Shown: positions 1-10,365 of the stretch, piece by piece | Numbering within the stretch: the stretch's first letter is position 1 | How the letters are laid out: each line of letters starts with the position of its first letter | DNA from: Camelus dromedarius | Taxonomy: Eukaryota | Assembly (NCBI RefSeq): GCF_036321535.1 | Contig: NC_087454.1 | Location: forward strand, 3,100,001-3,164,000 | Reading direction: 5' to 3' | DNA: 64,000 nucleotides | Program-made: the position numbers and the translations under genes | Notes under the pieces: model-generated | Database searches by the model: none | What the model was told of the DNA's origin: nothing | The model's input: the letters and a program-made list of their open reading frames with translations, nothing else

Positions 1-889
1 CACGTACGTGGGTGGGGACTGGAACCCTTCCTCCCTGCGTGGTGTCTGCACATGCTGGCTTCTCCTTTCCTGCTTCTGTCCCCTGGGCGCCCAGGCCCTG
101 AGACCCGTGCACCTTGCTGAGTGCTGGGAACGGAACTCCTAGAGGTGAAGGGCAGCTTTGCTTGCAGGGAGCTCGGAGTCTAGCGGAGAGAGGCCGTCTG
201 TGAACACACACTTGTTCGTGATCGTGACGAGTGTTGTAGGGTGTCGGGAGCCGGAAAAGCTTCACAGAGGAAACCGCCCAGGCTGAGTCCTGCGGGATGA
301 TGAGGGGTTGGCAGGGAAGGTCCTGGGTGGCACTTGTGAGAAACTACAGTAGGACAAGTCATGCTGGTTCTCATTTGCAGAGATGCCTGCCTTGGGGAGC
401 TGCCTCTCCACCGCTCCGCCCAAATCTGGGTCCAGCCCCACACACTTTTTGCCTGGAGGTGTCTCCGGTGCTGTGGGCACTTGCCAGGCCCCACCCGAGA
501 GCTTCCTTGGAGTGCAGCCTGGGGCCGCGGGAGCGGGAGGGCCCCGGCTCGCAGGTCTTGCTGCTCCCGGGAGTGATCTCCGCACAGCCCCAGTGTCAGC
601 TCTTCTTCTCGCGTCACTCTCCTTGCATCCTCACTCCATCTTCCCAGGACCACTTCCTCTAAAGACCTACCTGCAACAGAGCCCTTGTCTGAGGCTCTGC
701 TTTAAGCCACCCGAGCTAATTCACCCCTAATTACTTCCACCGTCATTACCCAGAGCTGGTGTTGAGGAGGTTGGAGCATCTGCTGTCAAACAGGCCAGCA
801 AAGTGGGCCCGAGAGGTGCAGAGGAGGGTGGGTGGGTCCCAGCAGGCTGTTGGGCCAAGCCAACCAGGAGCTCACTAGACGGAAGATAA

Positions 890-1028
890 ATACACATGTG
901 GCTGTTGAGCTGGAGGTGCACCTGTGTGTAACTGAGGAACTAGATTTCTAGTCTGATTTAGTTTTAAATAGCTTAAACGGGAGTAGACACATGTGGCTCT
1001 TGGCTGCCTCAGTGGATGGTGCCGTATA
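890..1028 (+). mobile_element. MER3-like hAT-Charlie DNA transposon fragment
   Basis: acacatgtggctgttgagc..actgaggaactagattt..acacatgtggctcttggctgcc resembles the recalled MER3 consensus. Confidence 0.7.
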
Positions 1029-1363
1029 GAGTGTTAGAAAAGGACACGGAACTCTGACAGCGCGTGTGTCACCTCCAGGGATGTCGGGGGACGGTCAGTG
1101 GGCCCAGGGCAGACAAGTGCAGAGCACCACCTGAGGCCCAGGGAGACGGGGCAGAGCTTCGCAGACCCTGGGGGGCCTGGACTCCTGGGGCTGCGTTCCT
1201 GTTGAATTTTAGGACCCTCTGCGAGAAAGCCACCCTGTCTTCAGAGACGAAGGAAGCAGCCAGGGAGGAGATCTGTGTGCCACGCCCGCTGCCCCCACGC
1301 CTGGGGGAAGAGCAGAGGCTGTTTCCCCTCGGAGGGAGGCCAGCCTCTGCCTCGCGCCTCTGA

Positions 1364-1517
1364 GTGGACCAGCATGGATCAACGTGGAGCGGTGGGCATC
1401 AGGGGCGTGGATCGGCATGGACTGGCGTGGACTGGTGTGGACCGGCATGGACCGATGTGGATTGATGTGGACTGACGGGATCACAGGTGTGGACCGCATG
1501 GACCAGCATGGACTGGC
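1364..1517. repeat. Degenerate ~10-bp minisatellite (units such as GCATGGACCG, GTGTGGACTG)
   Basis: About 14 TGGA-centred units are read directly, mostly at ~10-bp spacing. Confidence 0.85.
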
Positions 1518-1934
1518 GGTCGTCACGACTCTCAGATGCTCGCCTCTTCTTCAGCTTCTCTGGGAGCTCGGAGTTACCACTTCTTCGATGCAGTGCTGAG
1601 CCCCATCGTGTCCCCATTTTCTCCCTTATAAGCGGCCTCCTTGCCCCTCGAGCTGTTTTCAATAAGATACGAGACATGGAGGCAAAAGCAGCTTGTCAGA
1701 GCGAGCTGTTAGTCGGGGGCTGACTGCACAGAACTTAATTAGGCCAGGCCTTGGTCAGCACTTTCTACCTGTGCTCCGGCTTCGATCGCTTAACCGCTAG
1801 GATGGAAGATAGGAAAAGGCTCATACACCATGATTTTTAATGTCATCCTCACACTAAGAGTGAAACTGGGGAACTGGCTGGGACTCTCCCCTCCCAGGGG
1901 CAGCGATCACGGTTGGGAGGACAGCCCCCGGGCC

Positions 1935-2117
1935 AGGGCCCCCTGACTGTCTCTGTCAAGGGCCAGGTCGTGAATATTTTAGGTTTTGGGGTCATATGCT
2001 GTCTCTATTGCTGCTGCTGCTTTTCTAAAAATCCTTTTAAAAATATAAAGGACATTCTTAGCTTGTGGTCTTACAGAAGCAGGCCGTGGTCAGAGGCCTC
2101 TGGTGTCACAACCCCTG
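1935..2117 (+). mobile_element. MER58-like hAT-Charlie element
   Basis: ctgtcaagggccaggtcgtgaatattttaggtttt..cattcttagct..acaacccctg matches MER58-type internal and terminal motifs. Confidence 0.65.
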
Positions 2118-2320
2118 CTCCAGAGCTGCTCTGTCCAGTCCAGTGTGGCGACCACCAGCCTCCCAGGGCTGCATACACTTGAACTAATCGAAATTCAGTT
2201 ACCTTTCACATTAGCCACATTCCAGGTGCCTCGTCGCCGCGGTGCCCGGTGGCTGCTGCCTGGGCGGCGCAGACGCGGTATTGCCAGCACTCGGCAGGCT
2301 CCGTCCTGGAGCTCGCTGGA
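2118..2320 (-). mobile_element. MER3-like element, strongly GC/CpG-shifted
   Basis: aaattcagttacctttcacattagccacattccaggtgcc matches the MER3 reverse complement; its distal half is GC-enriched. Confidence 0.6.
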
Positions 2321-4719
2321 AGCTAAGCTCGGTCGCTCACTAGCCTGGGGCACCGAGACTGCTGCTTCCCTCTTTCTGAGCCTCTGTTCCGGAAACTGTA
2401 AGAGGGAAGTGAGGGCGCGGCCTCTCTCAAGGATGCGGTCACGAGTTCTCGCACGTGGAGTCCGCAGCCCCAGGCCCGGCCACTCTCCGTCCGTGTGAGC
2501 TGCTGATATCATAGACGTAGCCACAGTTGTTTACTGTTAATTCTAATAAGCTTCACTTTTAAAAATTCTGTTTGGAAGGAGGGACCATCATCCTTTCTAC
2601 AAGACATTCATCAAGTATGAGGGGGACGACGTTTGGTTTGGGTGTTAACATTGCCCCGTGAAGAAGTTCTCCAGGTCCCCAACTGTGGTGCCACACAGGG
2701 CAGGGGCCTTCGGTCTGTCACCCCTAGGACTTGTTTTCAACTGAACCCTCTGTTCCAATTAGTGATCATCCGATGGTAATTTTGTGAAAAATCAAAGATA
2801 AATATTTGCTCAGCTCAGGGGTGGGGTAGAGATGAGGGCTGGCTCCCAGGAGACAGTGCCCCGAAATCAGAATTGCAGAGTAAATGATTGCTTTCCTTTT
2901 GCTTGTGAAGGAGTTCCAGGCAGGGCCGCGTTGACTAGCCTCGCTGGTGCTTGTCTGTGACTTGTTGCTGAGCAACGAGACCTCTTCCATCTGCTGGACC
3001 GAGTCCGGTGTGATGTCGGGAGGCCAGCCTCTGGGCTCGGGGCTCCTGGTGCTGCTTCCTGTCCTTCCCCGTGGGCAGCCGTCCGCCATGTTTGCACCCT
3101 GTGAACGTATGACGGAAGGGACCGCGCAGAGCCCGCCCTTTCCAGGCAGAGTGATCCACCTCTGTCCTTGCTCAAGAGAGATCGTGGTCTTTACCTGCTA
3201 ACGGCAGCAGCTGACGATGGTAATACTATTAGTCATCCCAAGTGATCGGCCGAGTTGCATGACTTACAACCCAGGCTTGTGTGTGCGCGTCCTGTGCACG
3301 GGACGCTGGGAGCGTCCCAGAGGGGCCCCATCATTACCAGAAAGGAAGGGGCTGATGTTGGTTGTTCACATCCTGGGATATTGGTGATTCTTTCAAAGAA
3401 GTTCCAAGGTGCCATTCACTTAGAAAGACCGTCCTCAGCTGAAGTAACCGTGCGCACGCAGAGAAGGTGTTTCAGTTGTTTGTTTTTCAATTTGCACATC
3501 GAGGTGACTTGATTCCCCTCGGAGATGTGCAGTCCTGTGTGTGTGCCTGGGCTTCTGGGTTCACCACGTGGACGGACTCCTTTTCAGGGCAAGCAGGCTG
3601 CTGGCGGGACCAAGGGGGGCCCTGCCGGGAACTCCTGACCTCGGGGGTCAGCAGCTGATGGTCTCGCCTTGTGAGTGTGGGGCGGAGAGGTTCCAATTGG
3701 TGACGGGTGAGAGCCGGAAAGTGGGGCCTCCAGCGTAGGGTACGTGAGCAGTTAGGGACCAGCACTGAGGCAGAGCGCTGAAATTTCAGGAACCAAGGGA
3801 TCTAGACTGAAGGCTCATGCAGCGAGTTAAACACAGTAAATCCTGGAATGGAGTTTATGAGGATCCATCCCTAATACCCGTTGGATGAAACAGAATCCGG
3901 GTGGCAGCAGCACCAGCCAGCCGTAGAACTGCCAGCACTCTGTGCCAGGTACCACGGCAGGAGCGCACCTCAGTCACCTCTGGTATTTACAGCAGCCCCT
4001 CGGGCCCCGATGACCAGGGAGCTGGAAAAGGCAGCCTGGCCCAGGTGGCACATTTAACCCAGGAGAGCTGGGTGAGGCCCAGGTGGTCTCTCCTCCCCGT
4101 TCCTGCACTGCCTGCCTGTGCCGTCCGAGCGGGTCACCGCTCTGGGCCTCGTCTCCTCTTCTGGGGACTGAGCAGCTGGACTAGACTGTTCTGGTCCTTT
4201 TGGTGGTTGGCAGGCTGTGATTTTGTAAAACCCCAGAATCGTCTGTCTCCCCTCAACATCCATACTCCTTTCCATGGGCTGAGCCCGTGATGAGACTTGG
4301 GACATAGTGACCAGGTGACTGAAACTCCGTCCTGCTCCCAGTGCCAGGGGTCCGGGAGTCTCCCCAGGGACAGTGCTTGTTCCGGAGAATATTCTCCCCT
4401 TGAGGCAGCATCTGCTTGAGGACAATTTCCTCCAGGCTTTTTTTCCACTGGGTCAGCTGTGTCGGGACAAATGTGTTTTTCCCTGTGCCCTGGACTCAGT
4501 CTCTAGCTTCTGTGTCAGGCCCTGACCTCTCCTTTAGCGGTTCCTCTGAATCCTGCCCGCATTTCCCCTCCACCTCCCCCCAGACCACTGTGGGTGAGAT
4601 GCTCGGGCTTCAAAAATTTGTGGTGCTGTCCACAAGGCTGGCTGCAGTCGGCTGTGATTCTGTTCTTGTGGACGACCCTTTCCCTGGATAATCTGTTACA
4701 CAGCAGTAAATAACACCAC

Positions 4720-4925
4720 GAGTTCTAGTTTCTCCACATCCTGAGCAACTGTCAGTCTTTTTAACTGGGGATTCCAGCAGGTGTGTGTGCTGTCTCATGG
4801 GGTTTTTAATTTGCGTTTCTCTGGTGACTAATGCTGTTGGGCATCCTTCATCTTTCTAATTGCCATCGTGAAGTGTCTCTTCCTACTTTTGTCCATTTTA
4901 AAAATAGGCTTGTCTGCATTTAAAA
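4720..4925 (-). mobile_element. Old L1 (L1M) fragment, antisense
   Basis: tctcatggggtttttaatttgcgtttctctggtgactaatgctgttgggcatcctt is typical of the antisense L1 ORF2 3' end. Confidence 0.7.
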
Positions 4926-5959
4926 AAAAAATCATCCTGTCCTGCAAATCTATTGCACTATCTCCACAGGAGATGAGACACCTTACCAGTTGTGGTCTCT
5001 GTCATTTTTGCTGAGCAGAACTGAGTAGGCCTTGCAGTAATTTTTTTTAAGCAGCATTTGACCATGCTTAGCCTTCAGTTCTCAGTCTCTCTGGCTTTCC
5101 CTGGAGTGACACTGAGTTAGCAGTCAGGCACCACTGACGCTCATTGTCTAGCCCCCGCTCAGCATCTTCGCCCCGTCTCTTGCCAGTTCCCGAGAGCTGC
5201 ATAGATGTGGCAGTTTTTCTGTGTGGCACAATTCCTTCCCTGCCCTTAGAATTTTTTCCCCTAGCATCTGCTTTACTCCACACACAGGTGCAACATGCAT
5301 CATTCTATTGCCTGATTAGTATTTTATAATCATCTCTAATCTTTGTCTCCATCGTGATCTTGCCTTCTTCCTGACTGGTCCTGTTAGCGCTCGCTGCTCT
5401 TGTGTTTCCCAGATGTCAGGAGACTCATGGGATTCGCCTCACACCTCAAAATTAAGTAAAAAATCTTAGGCAATTCTAGTAGAATGGTCTTCAGTCGGAT
5501 TAGCAGAATTTTTAAAGCACCCCCCTCATGAAGTTGTTGTGAAGATTGAATATGGCAGCGTATCTCTTGACTTTTCCATCTTAAGAGATGCATTGAAGGA
5601 TAGACTCCAAAAAGTAACATGTTTTGTGCAAACATTAGTACAGTATTGCTGTTCACTGCTGGTGCCAAAAATACTTTAAAAAAATCTTCTATTTATTTCT
5701 TCTGAGGCTTGTTTTGAGACCCAAGGTTCTAATGTATCATTTTCCTTCTCCCTCAGAAAACTTAAGGGTTTAAATGGGCATCTCCTCACAGCTTTATGTT
5801 AAGCACAGATTTTAAATTCTACCAGCAATGGAATCATGTCAGCAAATATTTATTAAGTATCTGCTAGGTGTGCAGCACTGTGCTGGGCCTAGAAGTGCCT
5901 GGCATCTCTTCTAGGAATTTTAATTTATTTGCTATTGGGCAGGTATTCATCCAGTCCGC

Positions 5960-6490
5960 GTTCTGGGCAGAGGGTTAGGCAGCACACACGTGGAAGTAAA
6001 TAAACCGTGAAGCCTGCAGTCCGGGAGCTCGCGGTTGGAGCGGCGGGCGCACCGGGCAGCGCCCCCCCCCCCGCCCCCGGCCCCGGGGCGGGGGGGTGGG
6101 GTGGGCAGGGCTGACGCAGCGGGACTTGCCCCTGCGGAGCCGCAAGCCCGAGGCAGCTCCCCGGAGCGCGAGGCCACTTCTGCCTGCGTTTGCCGGGAAA
6201 GGTTTCTCTATGAGTAACGCTGGGACAGAATTTTGAAGGGCCGGTAGGAGTTCGCCAGGTGAGGGGAGCAAGGAAAGGACGCGCCGGGGTGTGCAGGGCG
6301 GAGTGCGGGACGAGGAGGCCCGCAGAGGCCCTGGGCGCGGAGTGCGGCCGGTTCCGCGTGGGCTTCCGGCCTCGCCCGGCGGCGTCCGGGTCAAACGGGG
6401 CGGCTTCCGAGGGACGCGGCGGAGCTGGTGCTCTTCTGTTTTATTCTGTGACCCATTTACTCTTTATTTCAGCATCGACCCGCGTGATTT
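5960..6490. promoter_or_regulatory. Intronic CpG island with promoter-like motif cluster
   Basis: About 50 CpG in 6001-6420 by hand count. E-box CACGTG at 5987-5992, ETS GGAAGT at 5992-5997, forkhead-like GTAAATA at 5996-6002, GC boxes at 6070-6094 and 6296-6304, ETS CTTCCGG at 6363-6369. Confidence 0.75.
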
Positions 6491-6620
6491 ATGCTACCTT
6501 TATTTGTGCGCTTGCTGCTTCTTTTTTGGTGATTATTAAGTGCTATGTACTTTGATTGTTTCAGTGCCTTTGTTATCTATTTGGAACCCAAATTAATGTA
6601 GCTTTAAGTGAGACTTTTAG

Positions 6621-6760
6621 AGGGAAGGGGATAGCCCGGTGGTAGAGTGCGTGCTTAGCAGGTTCCATCCCCAGTACCTCCGTTAAAACAAACAAACAAA
6701 CAAACAAACACATTTAAAAAATTAAAAAATAAACTTAATTACCACCCCTTCCCAAAAAAG
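6621..6760 (+). mobile_element. Camelid tRNA-Ala-derived SINE (vic-1 type) with ~14-nt internal deletion
   Basis: A-box tagcccggtggtagag, then gtgcttagca joined directly to ggttccatccccagtacctcc; (CAAA)n and aaacttaattacc tail. Confidence 0.85.
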
Positions 6761-6849
6761 CGACTTTATTCTCACTTGATAAATTCGGTGTTGCTAAACC
6801 AGTGTGATGTTTCTCCCTGCAGCCTCTGCCTGTGTGATTTGCTCAGGGA

Positions 6850-6868
6850 CTGCCACCAGGTGGCGCTG
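6850..6868 (+). promoter_or_regulatory. Strong CTCF core motif
   Basis: CTGCCACCAGGTGGCGCTG compared with consensus TGGCCACCAGGGGGCGCTA. Confidence 0.6.
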
Positions 6869-7419
6869 CGTCAGACTCAGCAAACCGGGCTCCTGTCCTG
6901 TCCATCCTGTCCTTCAGGGGTTTCAAGGACAGGAAGTCCTATCCTGCCCCGTCCTGTCCTGTCCTGTCCCTTAAGGGTTCAAAACGTGCCTCTTTGTGGA
7001 AGAAGTCCAGCGTTTGCCTGTGACCCTGTCAGCATGGTCTCAGTGGTGCACAGAGCCACCCCAGGCGCTTTTCTTTGGCCTTTGCTCCTCTGGACCAGTG
7101 TTCTGTGCCGTCCTCACTGAGAAACGAGCCACATGCCGCTCTGCCCTGCTCTCGCGGAATTCAGCTGTTGCATAATTCTCATTTCTTTCATTTGTTCCTT
7201 ATATTTCCAGTAAGATTTTAATGTTCCTGAAAGCTGGGGTTGTCCCAGCCCTTAGCAGAGTGCTCAGTAGAGAACAGTGTTTAAGAAGAACCTTTTTCCA
7301 TGAAGGAGGGCTCTGACAAATGGTGAGAGAGTACATGCCTTTAGCTGTGCGACTCAGGTCTGGGTTAGGCTGGCCTAGGAGGGGGTCGCATTCTCCACGG
7401 GCGACTGCACTTCTCCACC

Positions 7420-7610
7420 AGGTCACCAGGCCTTGGGGCTCTGACCTCCAGCTGAATTGCTAACTGGCTTTGCAGCCTTGGAGAGGTCACGCGGAGTCTC
7501 CCAGCCTCTGTTTCCTCCTCTGTAAGGCGTGGGCAGTCATAGGACTCGATCACAGTGTTGCTTTTTGGATGCAGGGAAGCGATGCCCAGAAAGCACTGGA
7601 GTTGAGCACC
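7420..7610 (+). mobile_element. MIR SINE
   Basis: Core cagcctctgtttcctcctctgtaag. Confidence 0.7.
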
Positions 7611-9839
7611 TCTCACGTAACACTTAAAAGGTTGTTTCACAACACTTTTGTTATGAAGCGCTAGAGGTGCAATAATAATTCAATTACTTTGTAAAGTACA
7701 AAGTGTTACAGAATCATTTTACTGCCATTGGTTTTATTTTGGCTGTGGCATTCACAGTGATCCCTCTATATTATGGAAACGGTTTTAATTGGAAGACAGT
7801 GGGTAGTGCCGTGGGTAGCAGTGACAGCGAGACTGTCGTTGGCGTGTCTGGCCATGGGTGTTGGTTGTTGGAAGTCACGTCCAAAGCTGACCTTGGTCCC
7901 CTGCTGGAGTCGCTGCAATACCCCTTGTACTGCTTTTCTCTGGTTCTACTTTTCTGTTTCTCTTTTTTTTTCTGTGATACCAAGTCGTCTTTGTGGGGAT
8001 GGTTTAAAGTTTGGTTTGTGTACTCTAAGTTTCAGTAATTGGTGACTACTGTTTGAGTCAGATTTGGTTTTCAGAAGTACAATTTTGGAGGGAAGTCCTG
8101 GGAACCATCCAGTCCAACCACTCCCCATCTTATGAGCGAGGCTCAGCAGGGCCAGGACACCTGCCCGAGGTGGCACAGCCCCGGGATGGGAATGGCTATG
8201 TTCCGGGGCCGTCTGTCCTGCCTCCTCCGCGTCCAGGGGAGCATCACTGTTGACGCCCCTGCTGTGTCTCGGTCATGTATCCTGGTCCCTTGTCACGTCC
8301 TCACCCCAGTGTCTTCCCATTACCAGCAGGAGCAGAGTAGAAACGCATCCCCCGTGTTGGGGATGGTGGCCCCTGGTGGGTGGGCAAACCGTGGTCAGAT
8401 TCCCACTCCCTTCCTCCTCCCTCTTCCCACTGCCTGTCCTTCCAGCGTCCGGCGTCCCCTCTCTTGTCCCTTTTGTGTTCCATCCTTCGTTACTCGCCCC
8501 ATGTCTCCTAGCTGTATCACCGGCCCGAGTTCACGTGTTTGATGAATGAAATTTCAAACATCGTCTTTACTGAGAGGTTCTATCATTTCCTTCTCTCTCC
8601 CCTCCCCCTTCCCCCTAGAGCTTAAGTGCTCAAGGGTCCTCCTGGTCTGAAATGTCAAAAGAAGACTAGTGAGGAAAAAGCAACAGAAAGTAACTCTACT
8701 ACATGCTTCCTCACAGTGCAGGGTCATCTCTTCCTTCCTTTTGACTCTTGTAGACAGACAGACATGCTGGCCCATCTCAGGGGTAATCGCTCTTCTCTCG
8801 GGAACACTCTTCCTGAAATGCCTCGCTCTGGGAGCCTTTGTGTTCCAGGGACAGAGGTTGGCAGGAGTGGGGATCTTGGTTGTTTGCCCTCCCTGCCTCT
8901 CATCACCTTGGTTTTCTACCCTCTCGGAAAATAAAGTCTTTTTCCAGCCATGGAAACCACAGGGTCAACAGTGTGACCGAGACGAAGCCCCGTGACGGCT
9001 GCAGCCAGCTTCCACTGTGGTGCCGTTTTTAGCGTTTGATCCAAGGTGGGGTGCCAGCTGGAGGATGCAAATTGGCCACCATTTTCTGCCCGTGTTTCAT
9101 CTTTTCCCTCCTTTTCTGCATTGGCATAATTCTCTAACTTTATTATATTTTCCCCTGTTTCTCTCTCTCTTGGTAAACCTTTGTGTTCCCAGAGGAACCA
9201 GAAGAAATTGGACATGAGGTTTTGATATCTTGCCAACTCTTTTCTATAATTGAAAGTGAATTGGAAATGTGAACCCTGCCTCTGTTCTGCCGATGCTTCT
9301 GGGGTCTAATAGAAAAAAAGTGCAAAGGAAGAATCTGGAGGGAGGAAGGGAAAATGGAATGCTATTCAGGCTAAAGGTTCCTAATGGAACATAAACCCTT
9401 AAACCTTTGGGTTGCCTATTTCAAACTTGCTCTTTTATTTGGGTCGGAAGAGCACCTGTTAAGTTGTAGCCACAAATAAACGTGTAATACTGAGGTACTA
9501 GTTCATGGCTTCAGGATTGGCTTGATCCACATTAGTTGTCTTCTCAAGTGAAGTAATCCAGAGCAGAAACCTACACAGAACTGTTTGGAACCCTGGAGAA
9601 CTTTCTACTTAAATTCCCATGCTCCGAGCAGGAACAGGAACCAGAGTGCAACCCACGTGTCAGTCCCAGTTGACTGGCCGCCCGGAGTACAGGACTAGAC
9701 GGATTGCAAGGACTAGACTGGTTAAGATGTTGCAGCCTGGTTAGGCCCCATCTAGGCAGCTAACCAGCCCTTCACCTTGACATCACTTTTCCTTAAATTC
9801 TCACTGTTGCCTTGCATACCAGTTAGACTTGAAGCTCTG

Positions 9840-9940
9840 TGGAGACAAGGAACTCGTCTTTCATTGCACCTTTGGAGCCTAGATCTGTGCCTGGCACACG
9901 GTCAGCTCTCAGTAGGTATTCGATGAATGAATGAATGAAA
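9840..9940 (+). mobile_element. L2 3' end
   Basis: gtgcctggcacacggtcagctctcagtaggtattcgatgaatgaatgaatgaa. Confidence 0.75.
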
Positions 9941-10221
9941 GAAATGGGAATCTTTTAAAGGTTTCAATTTTAATTGGCGAGTTCTGTAGTTAGGTATGTG
10001 GTCTACCTATCCAATACATGTCTGTATTGAGGTAGGCTGGACATAGAGGTGATTCGGCAGGAAAACCACTGGACACTGACCTGCCAGAGGAAGAGCCAGG
10101 GGCTCAGGAAGAAATGACACCAACAGATGTGTGACCAACAGCATCTCGGTCATCCTATAGTAGCTTTAAAGTTTTTTTACTTTTTTTTTTTTTGAGCTAT
10201 CTTATTGATTTTGTATATTTT

Positions 10222-10365
10222 TATTTAATTCTTTTTTGTTTGTTTTAGGGAGGTGATTAGGTTTATAATTTATTTGTTTATTTATTTTTTAATGGCGGTA
10301 CTGGGGACTGAACCCGGGACCTCGTGCACGCTAAGCACGCGCTCTACCCCTGAGCTACACCCCCC
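10222..10365 (-). mobile_element. Camelid tRNA-Ala-derived SINE (vic-1 type)
   Basis: Reverse complement reads GGGGGTGTAGCTCAGGGGTAGAGCGCGTGCTTAGCGTGCACGAGGTCCCGGGTTCAGTCCCCAGTACCGCCA, followed by an A-rich tail and aaacctaatcacctccc. Confidence 0.9.

Noticed and set aside
1364-1517. Regular repeats as a CRISPR-like array
   Set aside because: This is a eukaryotic locus, the units are contiguous without unique spacers, and there are no cas genes.
7703-8045. Hydrophobic 111-aa ORF resembling a membrane protein
   Set aside because: It starts at GTG, its hydrophobicity derives from T-rich sequence, and I recognise no family.
10293-10364. 72-nt tRNA-Ala(AGC)-like cloverleaf on the minus strand
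   Set aside because: It is followed by the SINE-specific tail. The acceptor stem has G3:G70 instead of the G3:U70 alanine identity pair, and the T-stem has a mismatch. It is a SINE head, not a tRNA gene; the same applies to the other four copies.
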